Shown piece by piece: positions 38,223 through 48,563 of a stretch of 64,000 nt of DNA. The stretch's first letter is position 1, and every line of letters begins with the position of its first letter. The notes beneath the pieces are model-generated. The model had not been told where the DNA came from. It did not search any database and worked only from the letters and a program-made list of their open reading frames with translations. Location of the stretch: positions 1-64,000 of the IMG/VR virus record IMGVR_UViG_3300031994_000078. The stretch is one strand, 5' to 3'. The stretch comes from an uncultured virus (IMG/VR IMGVR_UViG_3300031994_000078) (taxonomy: Duplodnaviria > Heunggongvirae > Uroviricota > Caudoviricetes). A program made the position numbers and the translations under genes.

Positions 38223-39952
38223 TATACTTCACCTACTAATTCTTCTAAACCCTCTGGTACACTTGGTTTTAAATCCTCACCACCTTCTGAAAATTTAGAT
38301 CTAGGACTTAAATCACCTTCACCGTTAGGTAATATTGCTGGCTCTTCAGTCTTTAATTCATCTTCTGGTAAAGGTGGTCTTCCGCCACCATTGGTTGCTC
38401 CACCCATTTCTCTTCCTGCTTTACCTTGCGGATTTTCTTTTGTTTTATTTAAATCTTTATAATTATTATTTTTAAATTCACCATTTAAAATTCTATTTCT
38501 CAACGCTTTTTCTTTTGCCAAATCATCTTTTGCGGCTTTATAAATTGGATCAAATACTGTATCTGCTTCTCTATTAAATTTCTCTTGTAACTGATCCATA
38601 TCCCAACCAAACATATCTGCAACAAGCTCAAATGGAATTTCTTTTTTATCTCTAAGTCTAAGTAACATCTCTTGTTCTGATTGTGAACTTAAAAGATTTA
38701 CTCTTTCTTTATAGAAAAATTTTGGTAGTATATAATTATTATATGAAGAACTTAATCTTAATTTATGTTGTACTTCTGCTTGAGTTCTCTTTATTAAGCC
38801 ATGCTCTCTTGCAATTGGTAAAAATACTTTCTCTCTAATAAGTCTTTCAAGTAAATTTCTATTCATTAAGTATCTATGCATAACAACTTTCATATTAATC
38901 ATATCTTTTGCATAGGGTCCAGCTTCGCCACCAAGCATTGCATCATTACAGAATAATCCAATCATAACTCTTTTTTGTGCAAAATCAAATTCCGTTTTTA
39001 AATCCTGCCAATTTCCATGTTGATCTTTTATTTCGAGATTAACAAACGGATGTGTTATTAAATTATAATCTGGATCATTTATTCCAGCCATAATCAATGC
39101 TTTTGTTTCATTAAAATGTTTCTTATCTGGGAACCAGCCCTTTGTTTCGGAACCAACTTTCCAATGTTTAATCGGATACATTGCTCTATCTGCGAAAGTA
39201 AACTGCAATAACCTTAATTTATCTTCATACATTAAATCTTTTAAACATGATTTTAGTATAGATTCACCTTGCAAAGAATATTGAGCAGGTCTATTTGCAA
39301 AGTGAATCACTCTTTCATTCGCCAATTGATAAGGTGTACCTGTTAATATAGCATTTCTAAATTCTGTAGGAATTGTAGAAGCTACTGCCTGATCAGCAGC
39401 ACTGCTAGACTGTAAAACTTTCTTTGTTGATTCATCCGGTTTAAGAAAATATACTGCATTTCCACCAGCATAAGATCTATGTATCTCAATATTTTCTGGA
39501 GGGAATTGATTAAATCTTACCCACTCGGCATTTGTTTCATCCCAATCACCATACATATAAGCATTGCCTAATAACCAAAAATCTCTATTAAGATTAATCA
39601 TCATAGTTAAAATATCTAATCTATCTTTTATATCATTATAATATTGTTCAATTTCTCTATCATCACATCTTAATTCAAAATCACTTAAAGCATAAGAGGA
39701 ATGTAAATCGATTACAGAATGTACTAAAGGATTATATGTATAATAATGTCTTAACCTTGCATTTAGCTGTGTGTCATTTTCACGAGGAAACATCATTAAT
39801 ACTGGATCCATTAAAGGATCTACATACATCATAGGAACACGGTTGATGGAACTATTTGGGTTACCCATCATTCCCATTCCACCATCCATCATAATAGTAT
39901 TGGCACGCCTATTAAAACCCTTACTGCTTTTTATCTCTTTTATATTTGGCAT
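38222..39952 (-). CDS. Portal protein
   Basis: 576 aa between terminase and protease. RHYY..NPLV.SVIDLH...GESIL pattern; GGRP-containing disordered C-terminus. Confidence 0.85.
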   Translation of the reverse strand: MPNIKEIKSSKGFNRRANTIMMDGGMGMMGNPNSSINRVPMMYVDPLMDPVLMMFPRENDTQLNARLRHYYTYNPLVHSVIDLHSSYALSDFELRCDDREIEQYYNDIKDRLDILTMMINLNRDFWLLGNAYMYGDWDETNAEWVRFNQFPPENIEIHRSYAGGNAVYFLKPDESTKKVLQSSSAADQAVASTIPTEFRNAILTGTPYQLANERVIHFANRPAQYSLQGESILKSCLKDLMYEDKLRLLQFTFADRAMYPIKHWKVGSETKGWFPDKKHFNETKALIMAGINDPDYNLITHPFVNLEIKDQHGNWQDLKTEFDFAQKRVMIGLFCNDAMLGGEAGPYAKDMINMKVVMHRYLMNRNLLERLIREKVFLPIAREHGLIKRTQAEVQHKLRLSSSYNNYILPKFFYKERVNLLSSQSEQEMLLRLRDKKEIPFELVADMFGWDMDQLQEKFNREADTVFDPIYKAAKDDLAKEKALRNRILNGEFKNNNYKDLNKTKENPQGKAGREMGGATNGGGRPPLPEDELKTEEPAILPNGEGDLSPRSKFSEGGEDLKPSVPEGLEELVGEV

Positions 39953-39969
39953 TTTAAATCTTCCTTAAT

Positions 39970-40161
39970 TTAATTTTCATTTTCTAATTTTTTCATTTTT
40001 TCAATATATTCATTTACCTTAGGTTTTATACCGTTTAATAAAGCATATTGTATATTACTTATATCTATATTTGCATCGATATTATTTTTATTTAATTCCT
40101 GAGATAAGTAGTATACACGCTTTTCAATATCATCTATTATATATAGTAAATCATTTTGCAT
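39970..40161 (-). CDS. Small hypothetical protein (likely start MQNDLL)
   Basis: ORF overlapping the end of the upstream gene; start uncertain. Confidence 0.4.
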   Translation of the reverse strand: MQNDLLYIIDDIEKRVYYLSQELNKNNIDANIDISNIQYALLNGIKPKVNEYIEKMKKLENEN

Positions 40162-40333
40162 TATTCTTTTCCTGTTCTTCTTTCCAAAGATTCTCATTAC
40201 CTTCAAATGTACCATTTCCTAATTCACCTGTTGGTAATACTTCCATTACTTGATTATCTTCTAAACTTTTGTTAGAACTATTATCTATCTCATTTGATTT
40301 ATTAACTTCTGAAAAAATCAACCATCTAGACAT
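40151..40333 (-). CDS. Small protein with MSRWLIFS leader
   Basis: TAATG coupling to the upstream gene; shared N-terminal motif. Confidence 0.5.
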   Translation of the reverse strand: MSRWLIFSEVNKSNEIDNSSNKSLEDNQVMEVLPTGELGNGTFEGNENLWKEEQEKNNAK

Positions 40334-41637
40334 TATTCTTCTTCCTTTACTTCATCTTTAACACTTCCTGATTTATCTAACTCTTCAAGTTTTGAAAAAT
40401 AATTCTCAAGACCAGATGCATTTAAAGGGTAAATTTCTTCATCAACACCTTTAAAGTTACCATCTGTTTCAACATTACCTTTATCATCTATAGCAAACAT
40501 TGCTAAAACATATTGTTGCCCCAAGTTAGCTTTTTCATTTAAAGTAATACCTAAAACTACAGAAAGTTTTGCAGCTTTATTAAAATATTGAATTGGGTTT
40601 TGTCCTGGAACTTCTGGAGTTTTTTCAATTGAATTATCTGAATTCTTATTAACATATTTTACTTCCTTAACTTCAATCAATGCCTTCGTTAATAATTCAG
40701 ATAAATTATCTTCAAAATATTTGTTTATTTCTTTTATATAAAAAGAAATTTTATCTAAATTAAATCCAATTTTATTGTCATTAACTACTTCTTTCTGTAA
40801 ATCTTTATCTGTTTGATTTATTTTAATTTCTTCTTTCTCAAGTTCTTTCGTTATATCAGAAGATTCATCTTCTTCTGCATATCTCTTAATATAATAATTA
40901 TATAAGTCTTTGTGCTCTTGAGCAGTAATTTCACCATTATCATAAGACATTCTTAACATTCCTCTAATTTCATGAGGTTGCATATTTCCAGAGTCGATGC
41001 TCTTTGCAAGAGAAGCTGTTCTACCTTTAAACATAACCTTTTGTGTTATAGGTGCATCTGTACAAAGGTAAGGAACTTCTAAACCTTTATTAATATCTTT
41101 CTCGGGAACAGATATAATAGATTTACAAGTTTTTATATCTTTTGCATTTTTATTTAAAACATTCAATGCTTCCTCAAGGTCTAATGTATACTGTATAAGC
41201 TCTCTAGCTAAATCATCAATCTGACCAAACACACCAAACCCAAGTTTATAACTTATAATAAATACATATTTATATTTACTACCTTTGCCTTCACCCCAAC
41301 CATAATTAAAACCGGGAATACATCCAGGCATGTTCAATAAATAGTCTGTAGAATTAACTCTCTCTGGATCTAATCCTGTAAGATGCTTATAAATTTCTTT
41401 TATCATTGGAACTTGATAGCCCCAACCAATAAAATAATTTTCAATATCAGAGTAAGAATATTGATGCTGACTTAACATCTGTATCATATTATTCTGTAAC
41501 TCTGTAAACTCTTCCTTTGAATTTGTTCCTGCAAAATTAACATTAAATAGCATCTGTGTAATTTCTTGTATACCTGCTTCTTTTTTATTTAAATCTGACA
41601 TATTCTCACTCCTATTAAAATAAATTTTCATCAACAT
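40333..41637 (-). CDS. Hypothetical head-cluster protein
   Basis: 434-aa ORF; the real start is probably MSDLNKKEA (GGAG upstream). Confidence 0.55.
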   Translation of the reverse strand: MLMKIYFNRSENMSDLNKKEAGIQEITQMLFNVNFAGTNSKEEFTELQNNMIQMLSQHQYSYSDIENYFIGWGYQVPMIKEIYKHLTGLDPERVNSTDYLLNMPGCIPGFNYGWGEGKGSKYKYVFIISYKLGFGVFGQIDDLARELIQYTLDLEEALNVLNKNAKDIKTCKSIISVPEKDINKGLEVPYLCTDAPITQKVMFKGRTASLAKSIDSGNMQPHEIRGMLRMSYDNGEITAQEHKDLYNYYIKRYAEEDESSDITKELEKEEIKINQTDKDLQKEVVNDNKIGFNLDKISFYIKEINKYFEDNLSELLTKALIEVKEVKYVNKNSDNSIEKTPEVPGQNPIQYFNKAAKLSVVLGITLNEKANLGQQYVLAMFAIDDKGNVETDGNFKGVDEEIYPLNASGLENYFSKLEELDKSGSVKDEVKEEE

Positions 41638-41959
41638 CTATGATATCTGCTTCATCAATTTCATGTATCATAGAACTACCTTGACAAACAACACCATATT
41701 TTAAATTTGCCCTTCTTTCCATAATTGTTGCTTGGTGAAGCATTGTATCACCTGTATCTATATAAACATTGTCACCTTCTTTATATGCCCAAGCTCCTCC
41801 AGCTTCTAATGCATCTCTTACGGATACTTCTCTAGCAGAAGCAACTCTACCTAAAACTTTATTACCGTTCTCATCTTCTACAACTTCCCAAGTATTATCT
41901 CCTGCTTCATCAAATTCTGCAAATAAATTAAATCTCGCTTCCTTTTTTATATCTTCCAT
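41615..41959 (-). CDS. Hypothetical protein (SH3-like C-terminus)
   Basis: 114 aa, GGAGAGG RBS. Confidence 0.5.
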   Translation of the reverse strand: MEDIKKEARFNLFAEFDEAGDNTWEVVEDENGNKVLGRVASAREVSVRDALEAGGAWAYKEGDNVYIDTGDTMLHQATIMERRANLKYGVVCQGSSMIHEIDEADIIDVDENLF

Positions 41960-41969
41960 AATTCCTCTC

Positions 41970-43616
41970 CTATAAATTTCCTATATATTTATTATACTCA
42001 TCAAACGTATTTTTAAAACCATTATAAAAGTTTTTATAATACCATTCATATAACTTTATAATAGTTGTCTTTACATCTATTATTTCTGAATCTTCTAAAA
42101 TACTTTCTTCTTTAGAAACATCTGGTATTTCATTTAATACATTTATTTGCTGAATAACTTCAGTATTAACTTTATTTAAAAACGATAATGCTTCTTCTGT
42201 ATTAAAAACAAAATCAATTGAACCATTATTTGTTAAATCTATTTCTTTATTAGGTATAGTCTTTAATTCAGAATCGCATATTATTGCTGGACTAATTAAC
42301 TTAATTATACCACTATATAAACTTGTTAAAGGCTTTTGAACTTTATCTCTAATATCTGCTTTTGTTGCTGAATTTTTTGTATAATAATCTAATGCTTGTA
42401 ATAAATCAAATACTTCTTTTGAATTAATAAATCTATCTGTACCTGACAAAGCAATAGATAAAATACCAAAATTGATAATATCTTTAACCTTGCTTTCATA
42501 ATTTTCAGGTAGCTCACTTCTAAGCTTAAATTGTGATAAATAATTACTTAAATTTTTTAAAATATTATTAATATTTTTATCACAATACTTTGACATGTTT
42601 CCTAATCCAAAATTATTATAAATAGTTTCTAATAAAAATTGCCTTGCAGACTGATTATCCCCTGACATATCTTCAGTCATTTTATATTTCTTAAAAAATT
42701 CTTTACTGGCTATAGTATCTAAAAGATCCTTATAAAACTCTTTTGTTATTTCTGTATCATCACTAATATCTTCTTTACTAGTGGATTTAAATAAATTTAA
42801 AATTGTATTTTTTAATTCAAATAATAATGTATATAAACTAATTAATACATCAAAATTTACTTGAAATTTATCCTCATCATCCCTTACAGATTTAAATATA
42901 TTTCCTAAATAACTACTTAAATCCTGATTACTTCTAAAACTTTCTTCATAATCTTGAAAACTTTTTTGATCATTTAACTTACTAATTATTTGTGTATTAA
43001 TAATATTCATATAGTTAGTTAAGTTATCTGAAAGTTTCTCATCAATTAAAGATTCTTTTTTAAATGTATTTTCTATAATATTTCTAATTGATCTTATAAA
43101 ATCACTATATAAAATATTAAAATCTTTAATTAAATTAATATCTTCATTACTACTTAATGCAGAATTTTGTAAGTACTCGTACATTGAAAAATACTTATAA
43201 AGTACATCACTAGCTTTTAATTTATCTAATAAGTAATTAACGTTATCTACTGATTTAACTTGTGACGACTCTTTAAGTTTAATTAACCCTTCTATCAATT
43301 TATTCAAAATCTCATCAGATTTATCACTATCTTTACTTACATCCTTTAATTTTTTATCTATAGATGTTAACAAGCTATTAACTGTTTCACAATCATTTTC
43401 TAAATCACGTAATGTATTAGATTTTTTAATATACTCTAATAATCTAAAGCATGCATCTATATCTTTTAAAATATCTTTTCTTATAGCTTTATTACGTTTT
43501 TCAGTAAACTCTTTAATAGATTCTTGTTCCTTTTCTCTTTCTTCACGTTCTTCTTCAGACTCATTTAAAATATCTGCTATTATAAACTTATTTAAAAAAT
43601 TATTAAATAAACCCAT
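41970..43616 (-). CDS. Hypothetical helical protein, probable internal virion protein
   Basis: 548 aa, AGGAG RBS, downstream of the promoter motif. Confidence 0.5.
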   Translation of the reverse strand: MGLFNNFLNKFIIADILNESEEEREEREKEQESIKEFTEKRNKAIRKDILKDIDACFRLLEYIKKSNTLRDLENDCETVNSLLTSIDKKLKDVSKDSDKSDEILNKLIEGLIKLKESSQVKSVDNVNYLLDKLKASDVLYKYFSMYEYLQNSALSSNEDINLIKDFNILYSDFIRSIRNIIENTFKKESLIDEKLSDNLTNYMNIINTQIISKLNDQKSFQDYEESFRSNQDLSSYLGNIFKSVRDDEDKFQVNFDVLISLYTLLFELKNTILNLFKSTSKEDISDDTEITKEFYKDLLDTIASKEFFKKYKMTEDMSGDNQSARQFLLETIYNNFGLGNMSKYCDKNINNILKNLSNYLSQFKLRSELPENYESKVKDIINFGILSIALSGTDRFINSKEVFDLLQALDYYTKNSATKADIRDKVQKPLTSLYSGIIKLISPAIICDSELKTIPNKEIDLTNNGSIDFVFNTEEALSFLNKVNTEVIQQINVLNEIPDVSKEESILEDSEIIDVKTTIIKLYEWYYKNFYNGFKNTFDEYNKYIGNL

Positions 43617-43652
43617 ATAAAAAACTCCTAATAAATATTTAAAAATCTAGAT

Positions 43653-43673
43653 ATTATGATAAAAATGTCAAGG
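43653..43673 (-). promoter_or_regulatory. Compact late-promoter-like motif
   Basis: ccttgaca ttttt atcataat. Confidence 0.7.
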
Positions 43674-43925
43674 CTATACAATTGCGTTTTTAGTATGTCC
43701 TTGTCCGTTTTCTAAAGGCTTAAAGTTAGTTTTATCACTAACTTCACTTACAGGATTTTTACCATCACCTTCAAAACCTTGGTGATTTAATTGAACACCT
43801 TTTCCTTCAGTAGGATGTTCTGATGTACTATTCTGCTTTTGCTCAACAATCTTTACTTCATTTTGAAATGTATTTGGATCTTGATCTACACCTTTCATAT
43901 CATTTGCAATTAACCATCTAGACAT
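43674..43925 (-). CDS. Small protein with MSRWLIA leader
   Basis: 83 aa; shared N-terminal motif. Confidence 0.5.
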   Translation of the reverse strand: MSRWLIANDMKGVDQDPNTFQNEVKIVEQKQNSTSEHPTEGKGVQLNHQGFEGDGKNPVSEVSDKTNFKPLENGQGHTKNAIV

Positions 43926-43928
43926 TTT

Positions 43929-46900
43929 CTACCCCTGTTGACCTATTATTGTTCCACCTATAGAACTTAGATTATCTTGTATATAAATTCCACCTTCCAT
44001 ATTAATATTATTATTCAACGCTTTCTTTGTAAGTAAAATCTTTATCGCACCTACTACTGTATCAGCTAAATCTTTTGAATTATGTACAAATACTCCCGAA
44101 GCTAAAGCAAAATTATTAAATCCAGGAACTGTTATATCGTATACTGGTGTATCTGAAACCTGAATTAATTCTACACTTATAACTTTATGATTGTAATCTT
44201 TCATATTTTTATGTAATAAATAATCTAAATTATATTTATGTATATAATATTTGAGCGTCTGAACTGGACATTTAAATAACTTAGATATATCGCTTATATT
44301 TAACCCTTCTTTAAAACTTTCCACTAAATTCTGTTTAAAATTTATATCTACATATCTTTCAGAAAGAGCATGCACAACCCTATTATTATTACCTTTTGGC
44401 TTAATCCCTAATTGCTGTGCTAAATTTTTATAAGAAACACAGTGTTTAAAATCTAAATTTTTATCTTTTAATAGTGTGTTTAAGTCATTATGTCTTAATT
44501 GTTTAGCCTGTTCATAATATATTTTACTTGCATCACGTAGCTGTGTTTTTGATAATTCAAGTCTTCTTGTTTTACCTTCTTTTGATTTCCAATATATATC
44601 ATTTGTGGAAATTTTTTTATGTAAACCTAACTCTTTATTCTTTCTAAATGTTTCTTTCCCTTTGTCTATAATTTGTTGTTTCTCTTCAACTGTACGCGCG
44701 TTCCAAATTGCTTTACGCTTTTCTACTCCAATAAAAGCATTTAATTTACCTTCTTCTGAATTTCTTTTTATCATAGATTTCTGTACAGCTAATTTACGAG
44801 AATTTTTACCTTCTTCTGTTTGGTAAAAAACTTTTAATGCTTCAGCTCTTTTCTGTATACGTTCTGGATTTAAGTTATCACGTTTCAATCTAGTTAATGT
44901 ACGCTGTTTAACTTTCTGCAAACTTAATTTGCATAACTGTTTGTGTCGCTCTGCATGCTCACTTCTAGTTAATAATTCTAAATTTTCAGGTGTATTGTTT
45001 CTTGGATTTAAATCATAGTGATGTATAACTTCATTAGTAATATCATAATCACCATTAAAATATTTATAAACCATTTTATGTGTTGCCTGTGATTTATTTG
45101 TTTTATTATCTTTTAAAATCTCATAGTTTCCCCAATAACTACATCTTAACGGCATTATTGAATCATCTTTCTTTAAATCTTTAGCTTGTATATATGTACC
45201 ATTACGTAACATAATTAGATGATTTGGTGTACATGTAAAACTTTTATTATTATCTAAAATTACTTTACATAATGTATTAACTTTTTTAGTTTCATGTGCA
45301 TTATATGCTTTAGCTGGCACTATTGTGCCATCAGACTTGCATGCGTATACCCAAAATTCTTTATCTGAACCTGCATCTGCAAGTTCTTTCATAGTTTTAC
45401 ATGTACCATTTAATAGTTTAATTTGAGTATCACCTGTAAAACAACCGTCACTTGGATGATCTACACGTTTTGCTCTTGTTAATATTAATCTTCTAAACTC
45501 TTCCTGAAGTCTTTCACTAGGTTGTAAAGAAACTCTACCTTCATACATCATTTCTTTTGCATGTTTATAATCTGCAAAATTAAGTCTATATTCTTCAGAA
45601 GGTATATGTAATTCATTTAACTGTTCAATAAGTAATGCACTATTCCATTGGTCAAAATAAACTCTATTTATATGTATATGCTTACTTATATCAACTAAAA
45701 ACTGTTTCACATTGTGCATTGAAACTTCTAATTTCTTTTCTGGATTTGGTACCCAAGATAACATTAAATCTTGTATTGCTTTCAATCCTGTAGTTGTAGA
45801 CTCTGTATGGAATATAGATAAAGCTGCAGAGTCACTTCTTAATCCTAAATCGATTGTTATTGTATAATCTATATCTGTTCTACTTATATTATAATTAGTA
45901 ATTAATTTTTTTACATAACCATCTTCTTCATAATCTTGTGTGTCTACTAATGGTAGTCTGTTTGGATCTATACAAGCCCTAATCTTTTCAGGTTTCTCAA
46001 TAAAGATACTTGATATAGATGACGGCATACACATATACTTCGTCTTAGCATTTTCTGGATCTGCTTTAAACTCAGACTGGTATTCCAGCGGAATCTTATG
46101 TCCTTGAAACTCAAAATACTTTTGAGGGTAATCTTTAAAACAATGTGCTGGTTTTACTTCCCAAGTACATGCTTTATCACAAAACCAATGTAACTCTGAC
46201 TGTCCTTGCTCATAAAGCTTAAGTATTGCATCACCTTCATAACGTGTGAAACTTAATGCTACTCCTTTATGTCTATTTCCAAAACGAGAAATTGCAGAAG
46301 ATTTCATCATATTAAATATTGTTATACCTTTATTTGTAGCAGGGGTTTCATCAAAACCTGCAATTTCATCACAAACAAAAAACAATATATTCTTACCTTC
46401 CTGTGAGTTAGCCCCTGAATGTCCTGAAATAGCTCTTATATTATTTGGAAATATCGCTGCATTCTGTGTTATTGTAACTGTATTTAATATATCATCTATT
46501 CTTGCCTGTCCAAGAAATGACCCAGAAAACTTTACAGGATATTTATCTCGCAACCATTGCCAACGTATTAATCTTTGTTTAAACTTCTCAAAGAAAACAC
46601 CTGAAGCCTGTTGAGCATTAACTGCTACATTAAGTAAGTCTATAGCTTCACCTTCAGGTAAATTAAGAAACTTCTGCGGTGACCTTAAACAAAGTAATAC
46701 ATATACTGCATAACACATTAATAATGATGTTATTGTATCTTTACCTGCACCTTTTCCATATGCTAAAATCGCTGTTGTATTCCCATTATCAAATATCTTT
46801 TTTGGGTCATTACCAAATAAAAAATCAGATGGAGCATATTGACGCTCGCTAAGAGGAACAAAATTCATGTGATTTTTTGAAATTACAAAGTCTCTAAAAG

Positions 46901-47012
46901 AAATTGGATCTTCGTTCCAAACTTTATTATCTGTTTTAAAAATTTTATCTATATCACCGAGTGCAGAATTACATAACTGCTGCCTAATCGATGCAGAACT
47001 TCTATTTGTCAT
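43929..47012 (-). CDS. terL: Terminase large subunit, intein-containing
   Basis: Walker A GKGAGKD, Walker B FVCDE, nuclease IDLG..SD, YFDQWNS, and DHP..G|SKDLAD split by the intein. Confidence 0.92.
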   Translation of the reverse strand: MTNRSSASIRQQLCNSALGDIDKIFKTDNKVWNEDPISFRDFVISKNHMNFVPLSERQYAPSDFLFGNDPKKIFDNGNTTAILAYGKGAGKDTITSLLMCYAVYVLLCLRSPQKFLNLPEGEAIDLLNVAVNAQQASGVFFEKFKQRLIRWQWLRDKYPVKFSGSFLGQARIDDILNTVTITQNAAIFPNNIRAISGHSGANSQEGKNILFFVCDEIAGFDETPATNKGITIFNMMKSSAISRFGNRHKGVALSFTRYEGDAILKLYEQGQSELHWFCDKACTWEVKPAHCFKDYPQKYFEFQGHKIPLEYQSEFKADPENAKTKYMCMPSSISSIFIEKPEKIRACIDPNRLPLVDTQDYEEDGYVKKLITNYNISRTDIDYTITIDLGLRSDSAALSIFHTESTTTGLKAIQDLMLSWVPNPEKKLEVSMHNVKQFLVDISKHIHINRVYFDQWNSALLIEQLNELHIPSEEYRLNFADYKHAKEMMYEGRVSLQPSERLQEEFRRLILTRAKRVDHPSDGCFTGDTQIKLLNGTCKTMKELADAGSDKEFWVYACKSDGTIVPAKAYNAHETKKVNTLCKVILDNNKSFTCTPNHLIMLRNGTYIQAKDLKKDDSIMPLRCSYWGNYEILKDNKTNKSQATHKMVYKYFNGDYDITNEVIHHYDLNPRNNTPENLELLTRSEHAERHKQLCKLSLQKVKQRTLTRLKRDNLNPERIQKRAEALKVFYQTEEGKNSRKLAVQKSMIKRNSEEGKLNAFIGVEKRKAIWNARTVEEKQQIIDKGKETFRKNKELGLHKKISTNDIYWKSKEGKTRRLELSKTQLRDASKIYYEQAKQLRHNDLNTLLKDKNLDFKHCVSYKNLAQQLGIKPKGNNNRVVHALSERYVDINFKQNLVESFKEGLNISDISKLFKCPVQTLKYYIHKYNLDYLLHKNMKDYNHKVISVELIQVSDTPVYDITVPGFNNFALASGVFVHNSKDLADTVVGAIKILLTKKALNNNINMEGGIYIQDNLSSIGGTIIGQQG
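44079..45443 (-). mobile_element. Intein (455 aa) carrying an HNH homing endonuclease
   Basis: Starts CFTGDT, block B TCTPNHLI, ends PVYDITV...VFVHN followed by Ser. Internal HKMV...IHHYDLNPRNNTPENL HNH motif. Confidence 0.93.
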
Positions 47013-47701
47013 TATTCGTTTTCCTTTATTATTTTTTCATCATTCATTGACTCTTCTTGTGCTACTTCCATATTTAAACTACTTGATTCATTCATTAAAG
47101 CTTGTTTAAATAGTCTACTAAATTGTTCATACCTATCTGGACAAATTTGTAAAACAATATTAGAAACGGTTTGTAACAGAAACTTTGTTTCTTTTTTTAC
47201 AAGCTCATCAAGTTTAGCTTGCTGTGAAGCTAAATCTGCTGTAAGCTGTACAATTGTCTTAACATAATTTCTCGCTTCAGATATATAAGCAAGTATTTGT
47301 TTTTCAACCATCATATCAGGAACTCTATTACTTGCTTGCTGATGTTCTAATGCAGATTCTCTTAATAAACACTTACCCATTAAACCTTGTAATACTTTTA
47401 CATTACTATAATTAAGCTCTTGTCTACCTTTAATTTGTGTAAGTAATCTATCAAGCTCTGTCAATCCTTCATTAAACTCTCTGCTAATTTCTGTTTTATT
47501 TGTCTGTAAAGTAATTGCAGTATTTTTTGATTGATACTGTTTTCTATATAAAGATATTGCGTCTAACGATGGTACTGTTACCACGTTACTGTAATTATCT
47601 TTTATAAATTGTTGTATAACACGTACAGATGCTCCACTATCAATCTTTTGATTAAGTGCTTCTAAAACATCTGCAGGGTATTGAAATATATGTGAAGCCA
47701 T
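47012..47701 (-). CDS. Probable terminase small subunit
   Basis: N-terminal HTH-like region plus helices; TAATG-coupled directly upstream of terL. Confidence 0.5.
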   Translation of the reverse strand: MASHIFQYPADVLEALNQKIDSGASVRVIQQFIKDNYSNVVTVPSLDAISLYRKQYQSKNTAITLQTNKTEISREFNEGLTELDRLLTQIKGRQELNYSNVKVLQGLMGKCLLRESALEHQQASNRVPDMMVEKQILAYISEARNYVKTIVQLTADLASQQAKLDELVKKETKFLLQTVSNIVLQICPDRYEQFSRLFKQALMNESSSLNMEVAQEESMNDEKIIKENE

Positions 47702-47704
47702 AAA

Positions 47705-48496
47705 TTAAAAATTTCCTCCAATAATTCCTGGATGTCCTTTTCCTCTTGTTTTAAATTGTTGTTTAGCGTCTTTAACACAATAGTTTAAACGTTGTAAGAA
47801 ATCATTATCACTATACTTTTTTAAAAACAAATTAATTTTATCAACAAATTCAGATTTTTTTTCATCAGTAATGTCTGAATATGGAGTACTTAAAAAATAA
47901 TTATATAGTTTTCTTATATCAAAAGCATCGTTTAAAAATTCGTTAGGATCAACTAAAAGTTCTTCAATAAATGCAATCATAGCAGTTGGACTTTGTCTAT
48001 AAATTTGTATAAAATTTGTTAAAAAAGTTGAAAACGTATATAAGTCATTTAAATCAGGATTGATTGAATCTATAAAACTATTAATATTCCCTGAATTTCT
48101 AATCATTTGTACAAGAGCTGTAGCTATTTCAGATTTTAATAAACTTAAATTGTTATATTCATCAAGCGCACCTTGTGGAATTTTTTCAATAATCGTATCT
48201 GTAACTATATTAATTGCATTTAATAAGTCCTGTGTATCGATAGGATTCTTATAAATTTCTATTAAATCTTCAATAGAATCTTTCACTTCAGTATCTTTAG
48301 TTAATAACTCTTTATAAAAATCAACCCACTTAAATCTAGATTGAAATTCTTTTTGTTCCTTTTCTTCTAATTCTTTTTCAATATTTGTTTCATCTTTAGC
48401 CTGTTCTTCTGAAATCTCTGTTAATGATTTTGTCTCACCAAAAGAATCATCACTTCCTGAGCTAAAAATTTTTTTGAATTTATCAAATATAGACAT
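47705..48496 (-). CDS. Hypothetical protein, first gene of the late cluster
   Basis: 263 aa, AAGGAG RBS. Confidence 0.55.
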   Translation of the reverse strand: MSIFDKFKKIFSSGSDDSFGETKSLTEISEEQAKDETNIEKELEEKEQKEFQSRFKWVDFYKELLTKDTEVKDSIEDLIEIYKNPIDTQDLLNAINIVTDTIIEKIPQGALDEYNNLSLLKSEIATALVQMIRNSGNINSFIDSINPDLNDLYTFSTFLTNFIQIYRQSPTAMIAFIEELLVDPNEFLNDAFDIRKLYNYFLSTPYSDITDEKKSEFVDKINLFLKKYSDNDFLQRLNYCVKDAKQQFKTRGKGHPGIIGGNF

Positions 48497-48537
48497 AAAA
48501 TACTCTCCTTATATTAAAAACTATCTTAAAAACTGTA

Positions 48538-48558
48538 ATTATGATAGTTTTGTCAAGG
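48538..48558 (-). promoter_or_regulatory. Compact late-promoter-like motif at the head of the late region
   Basis: ccttgaca aaact atcataat. Confidence 0.7.
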
Positions 48559-48563
48559 GGAAA

